A stretch of DNA of 63,037 bases, filler included, from Octopus bimaculoides (GCF_001194135.2; 4 parts of 4 records of this genome joined end to end with filler, not necessarily neighbours in it), one strand, 5' to 3'; shown: positions 1-12,699, counted from the whole stretch's first letter. Numbers and translations are program-made. Notes: generated by a model not told the origin, from the sequence alone.

Positions 1-157
1 GTTCCTGTTGAGGCGATTAGCTGGCTCTCTGTCAGTTATGATGACAAAGGTTCCTGTTGAGGCGATTAGCTGGCTCTCTGTCAGTTATGATGACAAAGGT
101 TCCTGTTGAGGCGATTAGCTGGCTCTCTGTCAGTTATGATGACAAAGGTTCCTGTTG
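1..157. repeat. 49-bp tandem repeat (at least 3 identical units, truncated by window edge) at the 3' tail of a SINE
   Basis: Unit GTTCCTGTTGAGGCGATTAGCTGGCTCTCTGTCAGTTATGATGACAAAG starts at 1, 50 and 99; a partial unit at 148 runs into the SINE tail. Confidence 0.95.
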
Positions 158-432
158 ATCCGACCAACGGAACAGCCTGCCCGTGAAATTAACTTGCAAG
201 TGGCTGAGCACTCCACAGATATGTGTACCCTTAATGTAGTTCTCAGGGAGATTCAGTGAGACTTAGAATGCAACAAGGCTGACCCTTGGACATACAGGTA
301 GAATTCATTTTTGCCGGCTTAATGGACTGGACTAATGTGAAATAAAGTGTCTTGCTCAGGGACACAATGCACCACCAGGAACTGAACTCAGAACTTAACA
401 ATCGTCAACTGAATAGCCTAACCATTAAGCCA
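148..432 (-). mobile_element. tRNA-derived SINE, family E head with the family D/E shared 3' half
   Basis: Minus strand has a tRNA-like head (TGGTTAGG...GAGTTCAGTTCC) and a GTGTCCxTGAGCAAGACAC box. Its 3' half matches 59380-59510 in the opposite orientation. Confidence 0.75.
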
Positions 433-534
433 TGGGTGCTCTTTATACACAAGACAAGAAACTAAAACTACGATGGGGGAAAATTTTGTGTCAAGATTTA
501 ACACAAAATTAGGTGTGTGACTTTATACATAAGT

Positions 535-905
535 TAGGCATAAGTGTGGCTGTGTGGTTCCGAGTTCAGTTCCACTGCGTGGCAGCTTGGCCAAGTGTCT
601 TCTACTATAGCCTTGGGCCGACCAATGCATTGTGAGTGGATTTGGTAGACAGAAACTGAAAGAAGCCCCTTTGCATATATATATATATGTGTGTGTGTGT
701 GAGTTTGTACCCCACCACCATCTGACAACCAGTGTTGGTGTGTTTATGTCAATGTGACTTCGCAGTTTGGCAAAGAGAGAATGATAGAATAAGTACCAAG
801 CTTCCGAAAATATTAAATACTGGGGCTGATTCATTTGACGGAAATTTCCTCAAGGTGGTGCTCCAGCATGGCCGCACTTCGATGACTGAAACAAACAAAA
901 GATAA
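535..905 (+). mobile_element. SINE family A (tRNA head, CORE-like segment, internal microsatellite, 3' module), diverged
   Basis: Colinear with the well-preserved copy at 47161-47600. The GGCACCTTGGGCAAGTG-like segment resembles the CORE-SINE domain. Confidence 0.8.
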
Positions 906-1336
906 GCCATGATTTATTCCTAAGTAAAAACTGTATTTTTGTATTCAGCATAACAGCAAAAAAAACAGAAAATTTGTTCTACGATTTGAAAAAACATTTG
1001 CTATTTATTAATAAACCTGTTGTCATATTTGGTGACCCAGGCACTCGGGTATATTTATAAATTGGTGATTCAATATGAGGATATAACTCAATACATGCAC
1101 ACATGTTAGTTAGGCTTCAAATCACATTTACCTACATACTTACCTACAGACATACACACATACACACACACACACACATGCGCGTGTGCGTTCTCATAGT
1201 CACATGCTTGTACCATCTGTTCCTTTGCACTAATATTCTCTCGTGAACAGAGGCACTTGTCAAAGAAGTGGATCGTTAGCATTGTTGAAAACACTGGACT
1301 AAATAGAAATAATAATAATCTTTTCTTCTGTAGGCA

Positions 1337-1720
1337 CATCATCATCATCATCATCACCGTCGTCTAACGTCCGCTTTCCATGCTAGCATGGGTTGGACAA
1401 TTTGACTGAGGACTGGTGAAACCAGATGGCTACACCAGGCTCCAATCTGATTTGGCAGAGTTTCTACAGCTGGATGCCCTTCCTAACGCCAACCACTCCG
1501 AGAGTGTAGTGGGAGCTTTTACATGCCACCGGCACGNNNNNNNNNNTGGATGCCCTTCCTAACGCCAACCACTCCGAGAGTGTAGTGGGAGCTTTTACAT
1601 GCCACCGGCACGAGGGCCAGTCAGGTGGGTACTGGCAACGGCCACGCTCAAAATGGTGTATTTTATGTGCCACCTGCACAGGAGCCAGTCCAGCGGCACT
1701 GGCAACGATCTTGCTCGAAT
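1337..1720 (-). mobile_element. Repeat family B (GGCGTTAGGAAGGGCATCCAGCTGTAGAAAC ... GGACGTTAAACGATGATG tail)
   Basis: Reverse complement of copies at 14585, 19720, 26560 and 28896. (GAT)n tail and an RTE-SINE-like 3' motif. Confidence 0.85.
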
Positions 1721-1724
1721 GACT

Positions 1725-1855
1725 TCAAGGCCTGAAATTTGAGGGAGGGGACAAGTTGATTACATCGACCCCAGTGCGTAACTGGTACTTAATTTATCGA
1801 CCCCGAAAGGATGAAAGGCAAAGTCGACCATGGCGGAATTTGAACACAGAATGTA
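1725..1855 (-). mobile_element. SINE family C fragment
   Basis: ATCGACCCCGAAAGGATGAAAGGCAAAGTCGACC...GGAATTTGAAC is shared with more than 10 copies in the window. Confidence 0.8.
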
Positions 1856-1988
1856 GTGTGTCAATTCCCATAGTTCTTAAATATTAGGGGTTCAAATCTC
1901 AATGAGGTGAACATTGAAATTCATTTTTTTTGTTTTCCAGGTTTGAAAAAATAAAGTACCAGTCAAGTATCGCTGGCTGATTTAGGAT

Positions 1989-2213
1989 TTAATCCTTTAG
2001 CATTCGGATTACTTGGTCAAATGTAATCCTAATTTATTCACATTGATTAGAATTAATCATGCATTATCTCATAGCTTTAAAATTTCAATGAATGTGATAA
2101 TCTTTAGAATGACATTGTAGGGCGGGTGTGAGAGGCCAAATCTGGCAGGCTTGAACATAAAACAGGTAAAATATTTGGGTCAGATATGGTTGGTTTAAAT
2201 GCTAAAGGGTTAA
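1989..2213. mobile_element. piggyBac-type MITE with TTAA target-site duplication
   Basis: TTAA-(T)CCTTTAGCAT...ATGCTAAAGGG-TTAA termini. A partial second copy lies in the opposite orientation at about 43408-43565. Confidence 0.85.
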
Positions 2214-2334
2214 TATTCCTATAAAGCGTCATGGATATGAATGGAATTGTAATAGAGGATGTAAACAAACAAACACCCAATGTCAAGTGGAGTTGGGGGA
2301 AAACACACACATACACACACACAGATATATACAC

Positions 2335-2478
2335 ACGATGGGCTTCTTTCAGTTTCCATCTATTAAATTCACACACGAAGCTTTAGTCAGCCCCGAGCTA
2401 TAGAAAATGTTTGCCAAAGATACCTTGCAATGGGACTGAACCCATGTGCCTGGGATGCAAACTTCTTACCACACATGC
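2335..2478 (-). mobile_element. SINE family A, 5' half
   Basis: Reverse complement of the family A head (GGGCTTCTTTCAGTTTCC...CTTACCACAC). Confidence 0.7.
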
Positions 2479-2764
2479 ACTTGTGTGTGTGTGTGTGTGA
2501 GTGAGTGTGTGTGTGTGTGTGTGTGAGTGAGTGTGTGAGTGAGTGTGTGTGTGTGTGTATGTGTGTGTGTGTGTGTGAATATGTTTGATTAGAGGTAAGA
2601 GTGACAAATTGAGGGACAAATAAATTTCAAATAATTCGTTTAGTAGACATACACAAATATACGCACAAGCACCAAGCACAGAACACACACACATAATTCA
2701 ATTATACAACACACACGTACGCGTACACGCACTCACACATATACCATATACATACATTCACACG

Positions 2765-2803
<39 letters not shown>

Positions 2804-4451
2804 GTACGTGCAGTCACACACACTCAAAATAACTCATACTCATTTATACATGCACATACACATATGCACACAGACACACATATATATATATATATATACG
2901 CACCCGTACGTATATACGTACACACAATACACGCGCGCTCACACACACAAATACACGCGGTCACAAGTCTACACACATACACTTACATATACACGCATAT
3001 ACTTACGTACACACCTGCACCCGCACATATATACATACGTACACTCTCTCTCTCACACATAAACACAGAGTCACACATACACTTATGCACATACACAGAT
3101 ACTCACACATACACCACATAAACACAAACACACACACAACACAACACACTTACGTAGAAGTCACATTCTCAGGTAGAGTTTAATTCAACAACTTGCGCGT
3201 CTTTACCTCAGATTAACGCCACTTTCTCTCTCTTCCTCTTCCCCCTTCTCTACTTACTGTACTCTTAGAGCCTTCCTCCCTCCCTCTTTCTCTCGCTCCC
3301 TTTCTATCCTTATCTCTCCTCTCCTTACTACGGTCTTACTGCTTTTCTCCTTTGTGTGACTTTCATCCTCTCTTTTCTCGTTACTATGTTCTCACCCCCC
3401 CCTCTCTCTCTCTATCTATCTTTTTAACCTCCCTTCTCTACACACTCCACTCTCCTCTTTCTCTCTCTCTGTTTCTCAAACACGCGCAGCTAAGTTACAC
3501 GCTTTCTCCACCCCCCAACATCACATACGCACTATACACGCATTTACACACCACACGCACGCGCACATACACGCACAAATCCACACCGAGAATACACACC
3601 TTCACACTTCATCCCCTCCCCCACACTTACACACGAACAGAAGCAATAATTCCGAGGAGTTTACTAGATGGTGCTTTCAAGAACTACCACAACACTACAA
3701 CTACTACCACCACCACTGTTATCAGACACTACTCACAACAACACATCATTCTCACTAAAACTACATTTACATAGCAACCGCAACGGTGAAGGAGCTTCTA
3801 TGTGGTCACTGAATTTGCTAGAAATAGTAGCTACAATTCTTTCAAGTTTTAACCTGCTGCGTAAAGAAAAACAAAACGGGATGGTCCTGTTTGGAATGCC
3901 TCCGATCATAGCTTTGTTTGATCAAGATTAACATAGTTTTTGTTTTTTTTAAAAAGCAATAATTTTAATTGAAGTATTGCCATTCGTTCAATCATACACC
4001 AAATAAAAACCGCATTATCAAATATACCAACACTATCAATAATTAAACAACATTATCACGATGGTCATTGGATCTGCAAGAAATAGCAGTTACGTTTTGA
4101 AATTACATGAAACCGCTCCTAAACAGGGCGGGGAGTGATACAAAGGATAAATTAATGTAGTAGACCGAAAAAAAGGAAGAAGAAAAAAAAAGACAGGGGT
4201 GGTCACGGGTGGAGTGCGTTCGATCATTGGTCTGTGTGATCAACAACACCATCACAGGATTCTATCTCGATTCAGAGTTAATTTGCTGAACTTAACTCTT
4301 CACAAGAACCGGATTACCAAAAGGAAAACTTTCCAAACTGCTGTCTCCAAAAAGGTAACATTACTTTATTATAAACAAAACATTATTGTTACTTCGTATG
4401 TGTATTTCGTATGCAAGATTCTTGATGTGGATACGTGTGTTGAAAGAAATA

Positions 4452-4663
4452 CAATTAAACCTTGGGAGAGGCATTATGCCGGTAATAAACACACGCACTG
4501 GTTCAGCCCTTTATTAATTTATATAGTTTTTTGGAGAGACAAGTTACTGAAGAGATTGCAAGAGTGCAATGAAATAATTTAATAAAAAACTATATAAATT
4601 AATAAAGGACTGAACCAGTGCATGTGTTTATTACCGGCATAATGCCTCTCCCAAGGTTTTATT
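4452..4663. repeat. Near-perfect inverted repeat, about 80-bp arms and about 50-nt loop (MITE-like or hairpin)
   Basis: 4457-4532 pairs with 4584-4659 with 2 mismatches (AAACCTTGGGAGAGGCATTATGCCGGTAATAAACAC.../...GTGTTTATTACCGGCATAATGCCTCTCCCAAGGTTT). Confidence 0.95.
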
Positions 4664-4974
4664 GTTACTATTACTGATATTATTGGTGCGTCGGACAAAA
4701 TGCTCAGCGATGCTGCTTTCGACTAGTTTACGTTGAGTTCAAATCCTGCCGAGGTCAACTTTGCCGTTCATCCCTCCGGAGTCGATAACATAAGTACCAG
4801 TGAAACACTGAGATCGATGTAATCGATCAAATTTAAGGCCTTGTGCTTTTAGTAGAAAGAGTTATCACCAGTGACGTACTGGGTCGATGTAATCGATTAG
4901 TCCCCTCCCCTCAAATTTTAGGCCTTGTTCCTATAGTAGAAAGGATTATTATTATTATTATTATTATTATTACT

Positions 4975-5280
4975 CTTTACTCTTTTACTTTTGCGGTCAT
5001 GCTGGAGCACCGCCTTTAGTCGAGCAAATCGACCCCAAGACTTATTCTTTGGAAGCCTAGTACTTATTCTATCGGTCTCTTTTTGCCGAACCGCTATGTG
5101 ACGGGGACGTAAACACACCAGCATCGGTTGTCAAGCGATGTTGGGGGGGACAAACACAGACACGCAAACATATACACATACATATATATATATATATACG
5201 ACGGGCTTCTTTCAGTTTCCGTCTACCAAATCCACTCACAAGGCTTTGGTCGGCCCGAGGCTATAGTAAGACACTTGCCC
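4975..5280 (-). mobile_element. SINE family A, well preserved, head truncated
   Basis: Near-identical reverse complement of 47230-47590. Confidence 0.85.
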
Positions 5281-5309
5281 AATATTATTATTATTATTAT
5301 TATTATTAG

Positions 5310-6415
5310 CAAGGCGGCGAGCTGACAGAATCGTTAGTGCGCCGGGCGAAATGCTTAGCGGTATTTCGCCCGTCGCTACGTTCTGAGTTCAAATTCAGCC
5401 GAGGTCGACTTTGCTTTTCATCCTTTCGGGGGGGTCGATGAATTAAGTACCAGTAAAACACTGGAGTCGATATAATTGACTAGCCTCCTCCCCCAAAATT
5501 TCATAATTACTTCATCCTGCTCTTTTCGTTTCGAGTTTAAATCTTGCCGAGGTCAGCTTTGCTTTTCAGCCTTCTGAGGACGATGGAATAAAGTACAAAG
5601 TCAGACATTAGGACTATTTAAACGACTAAACCTCCCCGCTTAAAATTGCTGGCTTTGTGTCAAGTTTGAAACGGTTATTATTGACTTAACAGAATCGTTA
5701 CGGAGCCGGGCAAAATGTTTAGCGTCATTTCGTCTGCATTTACGTTCTCAGTTCCAAATCCGCCGACGTCGACTTTGTCTTTCATCCTTAAAGGATCGAT
5801 AAAATAAGTATCAGTTGAGTCCTGGGGGGTGGGGTTGATCTAACCTTGTGCCAAGATTTGAAACCATTTATTATTATTACTTAAGCAGTGAGCCGGCAGA
5901 ATCGTTAGCACGCCGGACAACAAAGCGGTATTTCGTCCGTCTGTCTTTATGTTCTGAGTTCAAATTCCTTCGAGGTCGACTTTGCCTTTCATCTTTTCAC
6001 GGTCGGTAAAATAAGTACCAGTGGAGCACGGGAATTCAATGTAATCGACTAGCTCCCACCCCTGAAAGTTTCGGCCTTGTACATACATAAAAGAGAATTA
6101 ATATTATTATAACCATTCCGGCTCTTTACGTTACAAGTTCAAATCCCGCCGAAGTCGGCTTCGTTTTACAGCCTTTCATCATTCTGGGGTTAACGAAATA
6201 AAGTATCAGTCAAATACTAGAACGATGTAAATGATAAGCCCACTCTCTTCAAAAATTGCTGGCAATGTGCCTAAACATTATTGCGCCGGCTTATTTTACA
6301 TCCTGAGTTCAAATCCTCTTGAGGTTAATACCAGTCATGTACTGAAATCAATTACATCGACTAACCCCTTCCTTCTGAAACTCTTGGCTTTGGGCCTATA
6401 TTACGAACAAATATT
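5310..6415 (+). mobile_element. Head-to-tail cluster of about 6 SINE family C copies
   Basis: GAGTTCAAAT...GAGGTCGACTTTGCxTTTCATCC...AAGTACCAG recurs at about 5385, 5535, 5750, 5955, 6135 and 6305, separated by (ATT)n-like tails. Confidence 0.8.
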
Positions 6416-6666
6416 GGTTATTTATTATAAGTTGTTTAGATATATACATATATATATATATATATCAAAAAATAAGCAACACGGATTTCAAAGGTTATTG
6501 CAGTACGCACGTTTCATGCTACTTCAATTTATTTAAGTAATGCGAGCATTACATTAAATGCAATATGAAGAGCAATCTTCAGCTGCACGAAAAATGCAGA
6601 AAAAATTACTGTAGAAAAGACATACGCGTAAGTACCATATTCAAGCCTTGAATCTATATCTAAACC

Positions 6667-6702
<36 letters not shown>

Positions 6703-6811
6703 NNNNNNNNNNNNNNNNNNNNNNNNNNNNNNNNNNNNNNNNNNNNNNNNNNNNNNNNNNNNNNNNNNNNNNNNNNNNNNNNNNNNNNNNNNNNNNNNNN
6801 NNNNNNNNNNN

Positions 6812-6858
<47 letters not shown>

Positions 6859-6979
6859 ATATACACACACACATATGCATATGTGGGTACAGGACGTCAC
6901 CAACGGTGCAAATAACATGAAATACGTAAACGAGAAAAAGAAATGGAAAACGGAATAAGTAAACACACACACATATATA

Positions 6980-7145
6980 TAGGTGCGGTTGTATGATAAA
7001 TTTGCTTCCCAACCACATGGTTTCGCGTTTCTTCTCAATACATGGTACCTTGAGTAAGTGTCTTCAACTCTAGACCCGGCGCTGACCAAAACCTTGCGAT
7101 GGGGAATTAATTGGCGGAAACTAAAAGAAGTCCGTCGTGTGTGTG
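6980..7145 (+). mobile_element. SINE family A 5' half, diverged
   Basis: CCAACCACATGG...GTACCTTGAGTAAGTGTCTTC...GGAAACTAAAAGAAGTCCGTCG. Confidence 0.65.
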
Positions 7146-7148
7146 TAT

Positions 7149-7390
7149 CAGCGCTGGCTTAACCATTAAGCAAAATAAGCACTTTTTAGACCACCGAGGG
7201 AAGAGGAAGACACCACAGAAACGGTAAATGTTTTACGGCACAAAAGAAATCACTTTAAACTTCCTAAAACATTATTCAGGATGCGTTATCTCTTCTAAGT
7301 ATAGAAGCTGATGTGTCACTTAAGATTAATTTTGAGGATTTGACCAAAAACTTTGCAATTAAAAAGAAAATAGGAGAAAACTTTTCGAAT
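7149..7390 (+). mobile_element. hAT-family DNA transposon remnant (TIR plus C-terminal dimerisation-domain fragment)
   Basis: Starts CAGCGCTGGCTTAACC (hAT-like TIR). 7277-7366 reads QDALSLLSIEADVSLKINFEDLTKNFAIKK, resembling the hAT/ZMYM1 C-terminus (LALLSIE...I.F..II..FA..K). Confidence 0.7.
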
Positions 7391-7583
7391 ATAATAAAAT
7401 GGAAGTATACAAAAATTAACATTAATTTCCATCTTGCTGTTAGTTTTGTTTCATTTTGAAAAATGAAAATTATTTTAGTTTATTATTGTTTGTATTTTGA
7501 ATTACATATATATGGAGACACCAAAATCTTTTTAGTGCTTTGGGTTTCTATAGATCTTAATCCAGCCCTTTACACATACACAC

Positions 7584-7867
7584 ACGAGGGCTGTTCATTG
7601 AAGATTTCCCTTGACCCACTTCCCAAGGACTGGGATATACGAAACTTGGCATAATTATTAGTCCTTCACCATTTAGCTACCACCAGTGGTGTCACACTTC
7701 ACCCATCGCTTTTTGCAGTTTTGAAGACCTAGTCTGTAGAAGCCGGTAGTTTGCGTCTGGTGCCAAGACTTTACCTCGGAAATAAGTTCATCATCATCCA
7801 AAGAGTGCTTCCTCTTCAAAAAAGACTTCATTGTTGGAAAGAGGTGGAAGTCAGATGGTGCAGCTCC
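7584..7867 (-). pseudogene. mariner transposase 3' fragment plus right TIR
   Basis: Minus strand reads AAPSDFHLFPTMKSFLKRKHSLDDDELISEVKSWHQTQTTGFYRLGLQNCKKRWVKC..GGS*, the mariner DLAPSDFHLF...RW.KC C-terminus. TIR-like ACGAGGGCTGTTCA at 7584. Confidence 0.88.
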
Positions 7868-8156
7868 TTATAAAAACTCACCTTCTCTTCCTTTCGAAGT
7901 CTTTGGTTCCAGACCTTTTAAGGTCTAGCCACTGACCACAAAAACACAGCCAGTTCCAACGACGACACAACACCACAGCAGCTACGTTGAGAATTACCAA
8001 CTTTGCCCAACAGCATTACAGCAACCTCCGTCTTCGTCGTCACCATTGCGTCCTTCTTAACGTCAACGTCATCTGTCTACGTACACAGCAAGCAACAAGT
8101 AACTCCCCCAGGTCCCAACACTTCTCTGTTTGTGAATTACTTTACCATGGATCAGC

Positions 8157-9270
8157 AGCGAAGATACAACCTGCAATGATCTCCTGTAACAAGTGACCTA
8201 AGCAGCAGCATCACAGCTACGACTTCACATACGACATGTGCCTCCAACCAGCTCAACATCAAGGCCGCGACTTCTCGATACAGCATTTCAACTACCGTGT
8301 ACATTTGACTACGAACTGGTATTCTTAGTCTTGTGTCTATGAACTTCTCACTTCGATGGCTATAGACTCTTCCACTGTCATCATCTTCATTGCCATTCTT
8401 ATATGTTCTTAACACGCACATACATATATGCTTACACACACACATTTTGTTCTCATGACAGTCTGTCTATTATTCGGTAATAGACACAGACATACGTGTT
8501 TACAAACAATGAATCTTCTCTTAACCATTCTACTTGGTTGTGTCTCCTTTTTCTCTATAGCACTTATATGTACTATTCATTTTATATTTATTGTTTCGAC
8601 CGTGTGATGTACCTAAAGAGCCATCTAGTCATCTCGCATTACACGGTCTTTACAAATTTATGGGATCCAGACAAAACCTCGTGACTTTTTTTCCTGTGAC
8701 TTTATTACCGTGTAAAGGGGTCGCGATTGCGTGTTCTAAGTCGGGTCGCCAGTTTGTAAAGGGGCCGTGCGATGTGAGGTGCAAGAATGGTTCTTTCATA
8801 CCCCCATCACACGGCCGATACAATAAAGAGAAAACAGATAGAACCATTTACTTGCCAGATGGGAAAGAGACAACCGAGTAGAATGTTTAAGAGAAGATTT
8901 ATTGATATGTTAACATGTGTGTCTGTGTGTGCATTATGTATACAGAACGATAGACAGGCCGTCATGAGAACAAAGTGTATGTGTGTGTGTAAGCATAGAT
9001 GTATGCGCGTGTTAAGAACATATAAGGATAGCAAAGAAGATGATGACAGTGACAGAGTCTATAGCCATCGAAGTGAGAAGTTCATAGACACAAGAAAGAT
9101 GAATAATACCAGTCCGTAGTCAATTGTACACGGTAGTTGAAATGCTGTATCGAGAAGTCGCGGCCCTGGTGCCGAGCCGCTTGCAGGTACATGTCGTACG
9201 TGAAGTCGTGGCTGCAATGCTGCAGCCTGGGTCACTTGTTACAGGAGCTCTTGCAGGTTATATATTCGCT
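8157..9270. repeat. About 1.1-kb imperfect palindrome (fold-back)
   Basis: 8157 to about 8690 is the reverse complement of about 8720-9270. It includes a perfect 41-bp run (CTTGTGTCTATGAACTTCTCACTTCGATGGCTATAGACTCT); identity decays towards the centre. Confidence 0.92.
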
Positions 9271-10649
9271 ATTGAATATATAATTTAGGTAATCTTCCAG
9301 TTTCGGGAGGTAAAAAAAGTAAATAAAATACAAGGGAAATAACTTAATGTCTTACTAGTATTATCCGTACTCCTCTGAAATGTGTTTTTTTTTTAGCTGT
9401 TTATAAATAAAATCACACACGTGATTGAAGTTACCTGTTTATATATAAATCACACACGTGATTGAATATCATAGTACCGGCTGCACAACAACTTATGGTA
9501 ATCTTCCAGTATAGGGAAATAACAGTCAAACTAAAGCGTTTGACCCCAGCTCAAAANNNNNNNNNNNNNNNNNNNNNNNNNNNNNNNNNNNNNNNNNNNN
9601 NNNNNNNNNNNNNNNNNNNNNNNNNNNNNNNNNNNNNNNNNNNNNNNNNNNNNNNNNNNNNNNNNNNNNNNNNNNNNNNNNNNNNNNNNNNNNNNNNNNN
9701 NNNNNNNNNNNNNNNNNNNNNNNNNNNNNNNNNNNNNNNNNNNNNNNNNNNNNNNNNNNNNNNNNNNNNNNNNNNNNNNNNNNNNNNNNNNNNNNNNNNN
9801 NNNNNNNNNNNNNNNNNNNNNNNNNNCTGTTCTATAACACAAAATATACAAGTATTCGAAGTTTGAAAGTGTTTCGGTACCAAAAACACTACATAATTTA
9901 TATATAACATATTTATATATAACATAATTTATATATAACATATTTATATATAAATATATATAACATATTTATATATAACATAATTTATATATAACATATT
10001 TATATATAAATATATAAATTTACATACATTCACACGCACATACATTTAGATGTACATGTACACATATATAGATAAATATATACAAACACTTAAAAACACG
10101 TGCTTAAATTTCGACATGCTTCGATATACATACACATACATAAGTTGGAATATAAATATACAACCACACGCACATACACATTTAGATATAAACGTACAAT
10201 CACGCACGTACACACACGCACTCTATAGGTTTTGTTTTATTTTTTGTTTCTCTTTTGTTTTTCTTTTGTTTATATTTTCTCCTGGTGTTTGTTTCGATCG
10301 ATCCCAGGTTTATTTGTAAACAGTAAGTTTTCGATACAAATCTACCTATTGACCTATTTATTAGCTCTTCTTTATAAACTATTTATGTGTGTGTGTGTCC
10401 GTGTCCTGCTGTTTGTCTAATTATTTATTTATCACACACACACACATCATATAGAGATACATAAAATATACATATCTCTCTTGGAATCTGTCTGCCTATC
10501 TGTTCATTTATCTCTGTTTATTTCCATTCCTCTCTCTCTCTCTCTCTCTCTCCCACTTAGTCATTCTGTCTCCTCCTCTCTCTCACACTCAGTCACTCCC
10601 TCTCGCCACTTCTCTCTGTATGTGTGTGTATATATACATATATACATAT

Positions 10650-10854
10650 AGGTGTAGGAGTGGCTGTGTGCTAAGTAGCTTGCTTACCAACCACATGTGA
10701 GTGGATTCGGTAGACGGAAACTGAAAGAAGCCCGTCGTATATACGTATATATATATATATGTGTATGTGTGTGTGTGTGTGTTTGTGTGTCTGTATTTGT
10801 CCCCAACATCGCTTGACAACCGATGCTGGTGTGTTTACATCCCCGTAATCTAGC
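10650..10854 (+). mobile_element. SINE family A, internally deleted, runs into a gap
   Basis: GGAGTGGCTGTGTGxTAAGTAGCTTGCTTACCAACCACATG head, internal (TA/TG)n, then CAACATCGCTTGACAACCGATGCTGGTG. Confidence 0.85.
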
Positions 10855-11175
10855 NNNNNNNNNNNNNNNNNNNNNNNNNNNNNNNNNNNNNNNNNNNNNN
10901 NNNNNNNNNNNNNNNNNNNNNNNNNNNNNNNNNNNNNNNNNNNNNNNNNNNNNNNNNNNNNNNNNNNNNNNNNNNNNNNNNNNNNNNNNNNNNNNNNNNN
11001 NNNNNNNNNNNNNNNNNNNNNNNNNNNNNNNNNNNNNNNNNNNNNNNNNNNNNNNNNNNNNNNNNNNNNNNNNNNNNNNNNNNNNNNNNNNNNNNNNNNN
11101 NNNNNNNNNNNNNNNNNNNNNNNNNNNNNNNNNNNNNNNNNNNNNNNNNNNNNNNNNNNNNNNNNNNNNNNNNNN

Positions 11176-11227
<52 letters not shown>

Positions 11228-11556
11228 CCATCACACATATACACACCTGTGCATGTTCGCACACATATACGCACACACATTTGGAGACAGCTCTAATTCA
11301 TGCTTACCCTCTCTTCTTAATGTGAACTGTAGCTTTTAAACAACAAGAAGTTGCCCCACCTCAACCTCTTTCTTCATGCCTTAACCCCCAGTTTACATAA
11401 GAATGCAGAATTTCAGGTTTGTAGACTTCCAAACACATGGTTGGCATTAGGAAAGGCATCTGGCCTTAAAAACCACACCAAAGCTGATGCTGATACACAA
11501 TGCAGTCTGTCTCAAACCATCCAACCTATGCCAGCAAGGAAGCTGGACATTAGATG

Positions 11557-11588
<32 letters not shown>

Positions 11589-12699
11589 GANNNNNNNNNN
11601 ATCTATGATACTACTCAGCTGCTGTTATCACCTGAGAACAGAGTAGACACACTACATCGGCCCCTCCACTACCACCACCCTGGAATCACTTCTGTTCCTC
11701 CTCATCATCTCTACCCACATCATTTCCACCCCCATTTTCTGCCTTCAACCATTGCTCTCCTCTGCAATACTCCACCCTTAACACCTCCCTTAGCTATCGT
11801 TTATTACTCAATGCTCTCTCACATTTATCCTCACACTCCACATACCCTGAGTCACTCCCATATCTCTCACCATCACTTGCTACATGCACCTCTAACCCCC
11901 ACCCCATCTTCTATCCCTCCACTCCCATCTCCCTGCAATCTACTGAATCTTGAGATGCTCTCCAGCTTCCCACCACCATTTCTGTCTTCTTCCCAGCTTC
12001 GTATCTCTATTACAAGCCATCTGGATTTGTTCTTCCATCACACTTTAACCTCTCAACACCTGACTTAGAGCCATCGTCCATCCCCTTCTCAAATGCTAAC
12101 CCCCACCACCTAAATAGTTGAAGAGGCTTATTTCCTTCTTTTCCTCCCCAGCCCTGCCACCTTTTTTTTTTTCCTCCTTCTTCCAGTTCTTAGCTAATTA
12201 CTTGGCAACCTCATTAATGCTGGTGGCATGAACAAAGTACATTCAGTAAAACGGTTGGCGTAAGGAAGGGCATCCGGCCTAGAATCTGACATTAGCCAGA
12301 CCCTCCTTCACCAATGCATTTTCCTCATTTAGGGACCTCTCATGATAGCACTTTCATACTTCTGTTTTGGCACACAAAAGACAGGGACACCTCTAGCATT
12401 CTGGTAGGTAGATAGATAGGTACACACATATGATTGTATAAACTTATGTAGCTAGATGGATGGACGTGTGTGTATGTATGTGTGTGTGTGTGTGTGTGTG
12501 TGTAGATAGATAGATAGATAGATAGAAGGATGGATAAATTGATTGATAAATAGATGGGTGAATAGCTGGATAGATGGATAGATTGATAAACAGACAAACA
12601 GAGAGAAAGATGAATGGATAGATAGATAGATAGAATGATGGACATAGGGATTAATAAGTAGATGGGTGGATAGAAAGATATAAATATATATATATATAT

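Noticed and set aside
1471-1612. 66-bp direct duplication around a 10-N gap
   Set aside because: Identical sequence on both sides of a fixed 10-N gap indicates overlapping contig ends. The same pattern appears at 21540-21720 and 33403-33470.
5310-6415. Repeat-spacer-like periodicity suggesting CRISPR
   Set aside because: Eukaryotic context, long diverged SINE units, and no cas genes.
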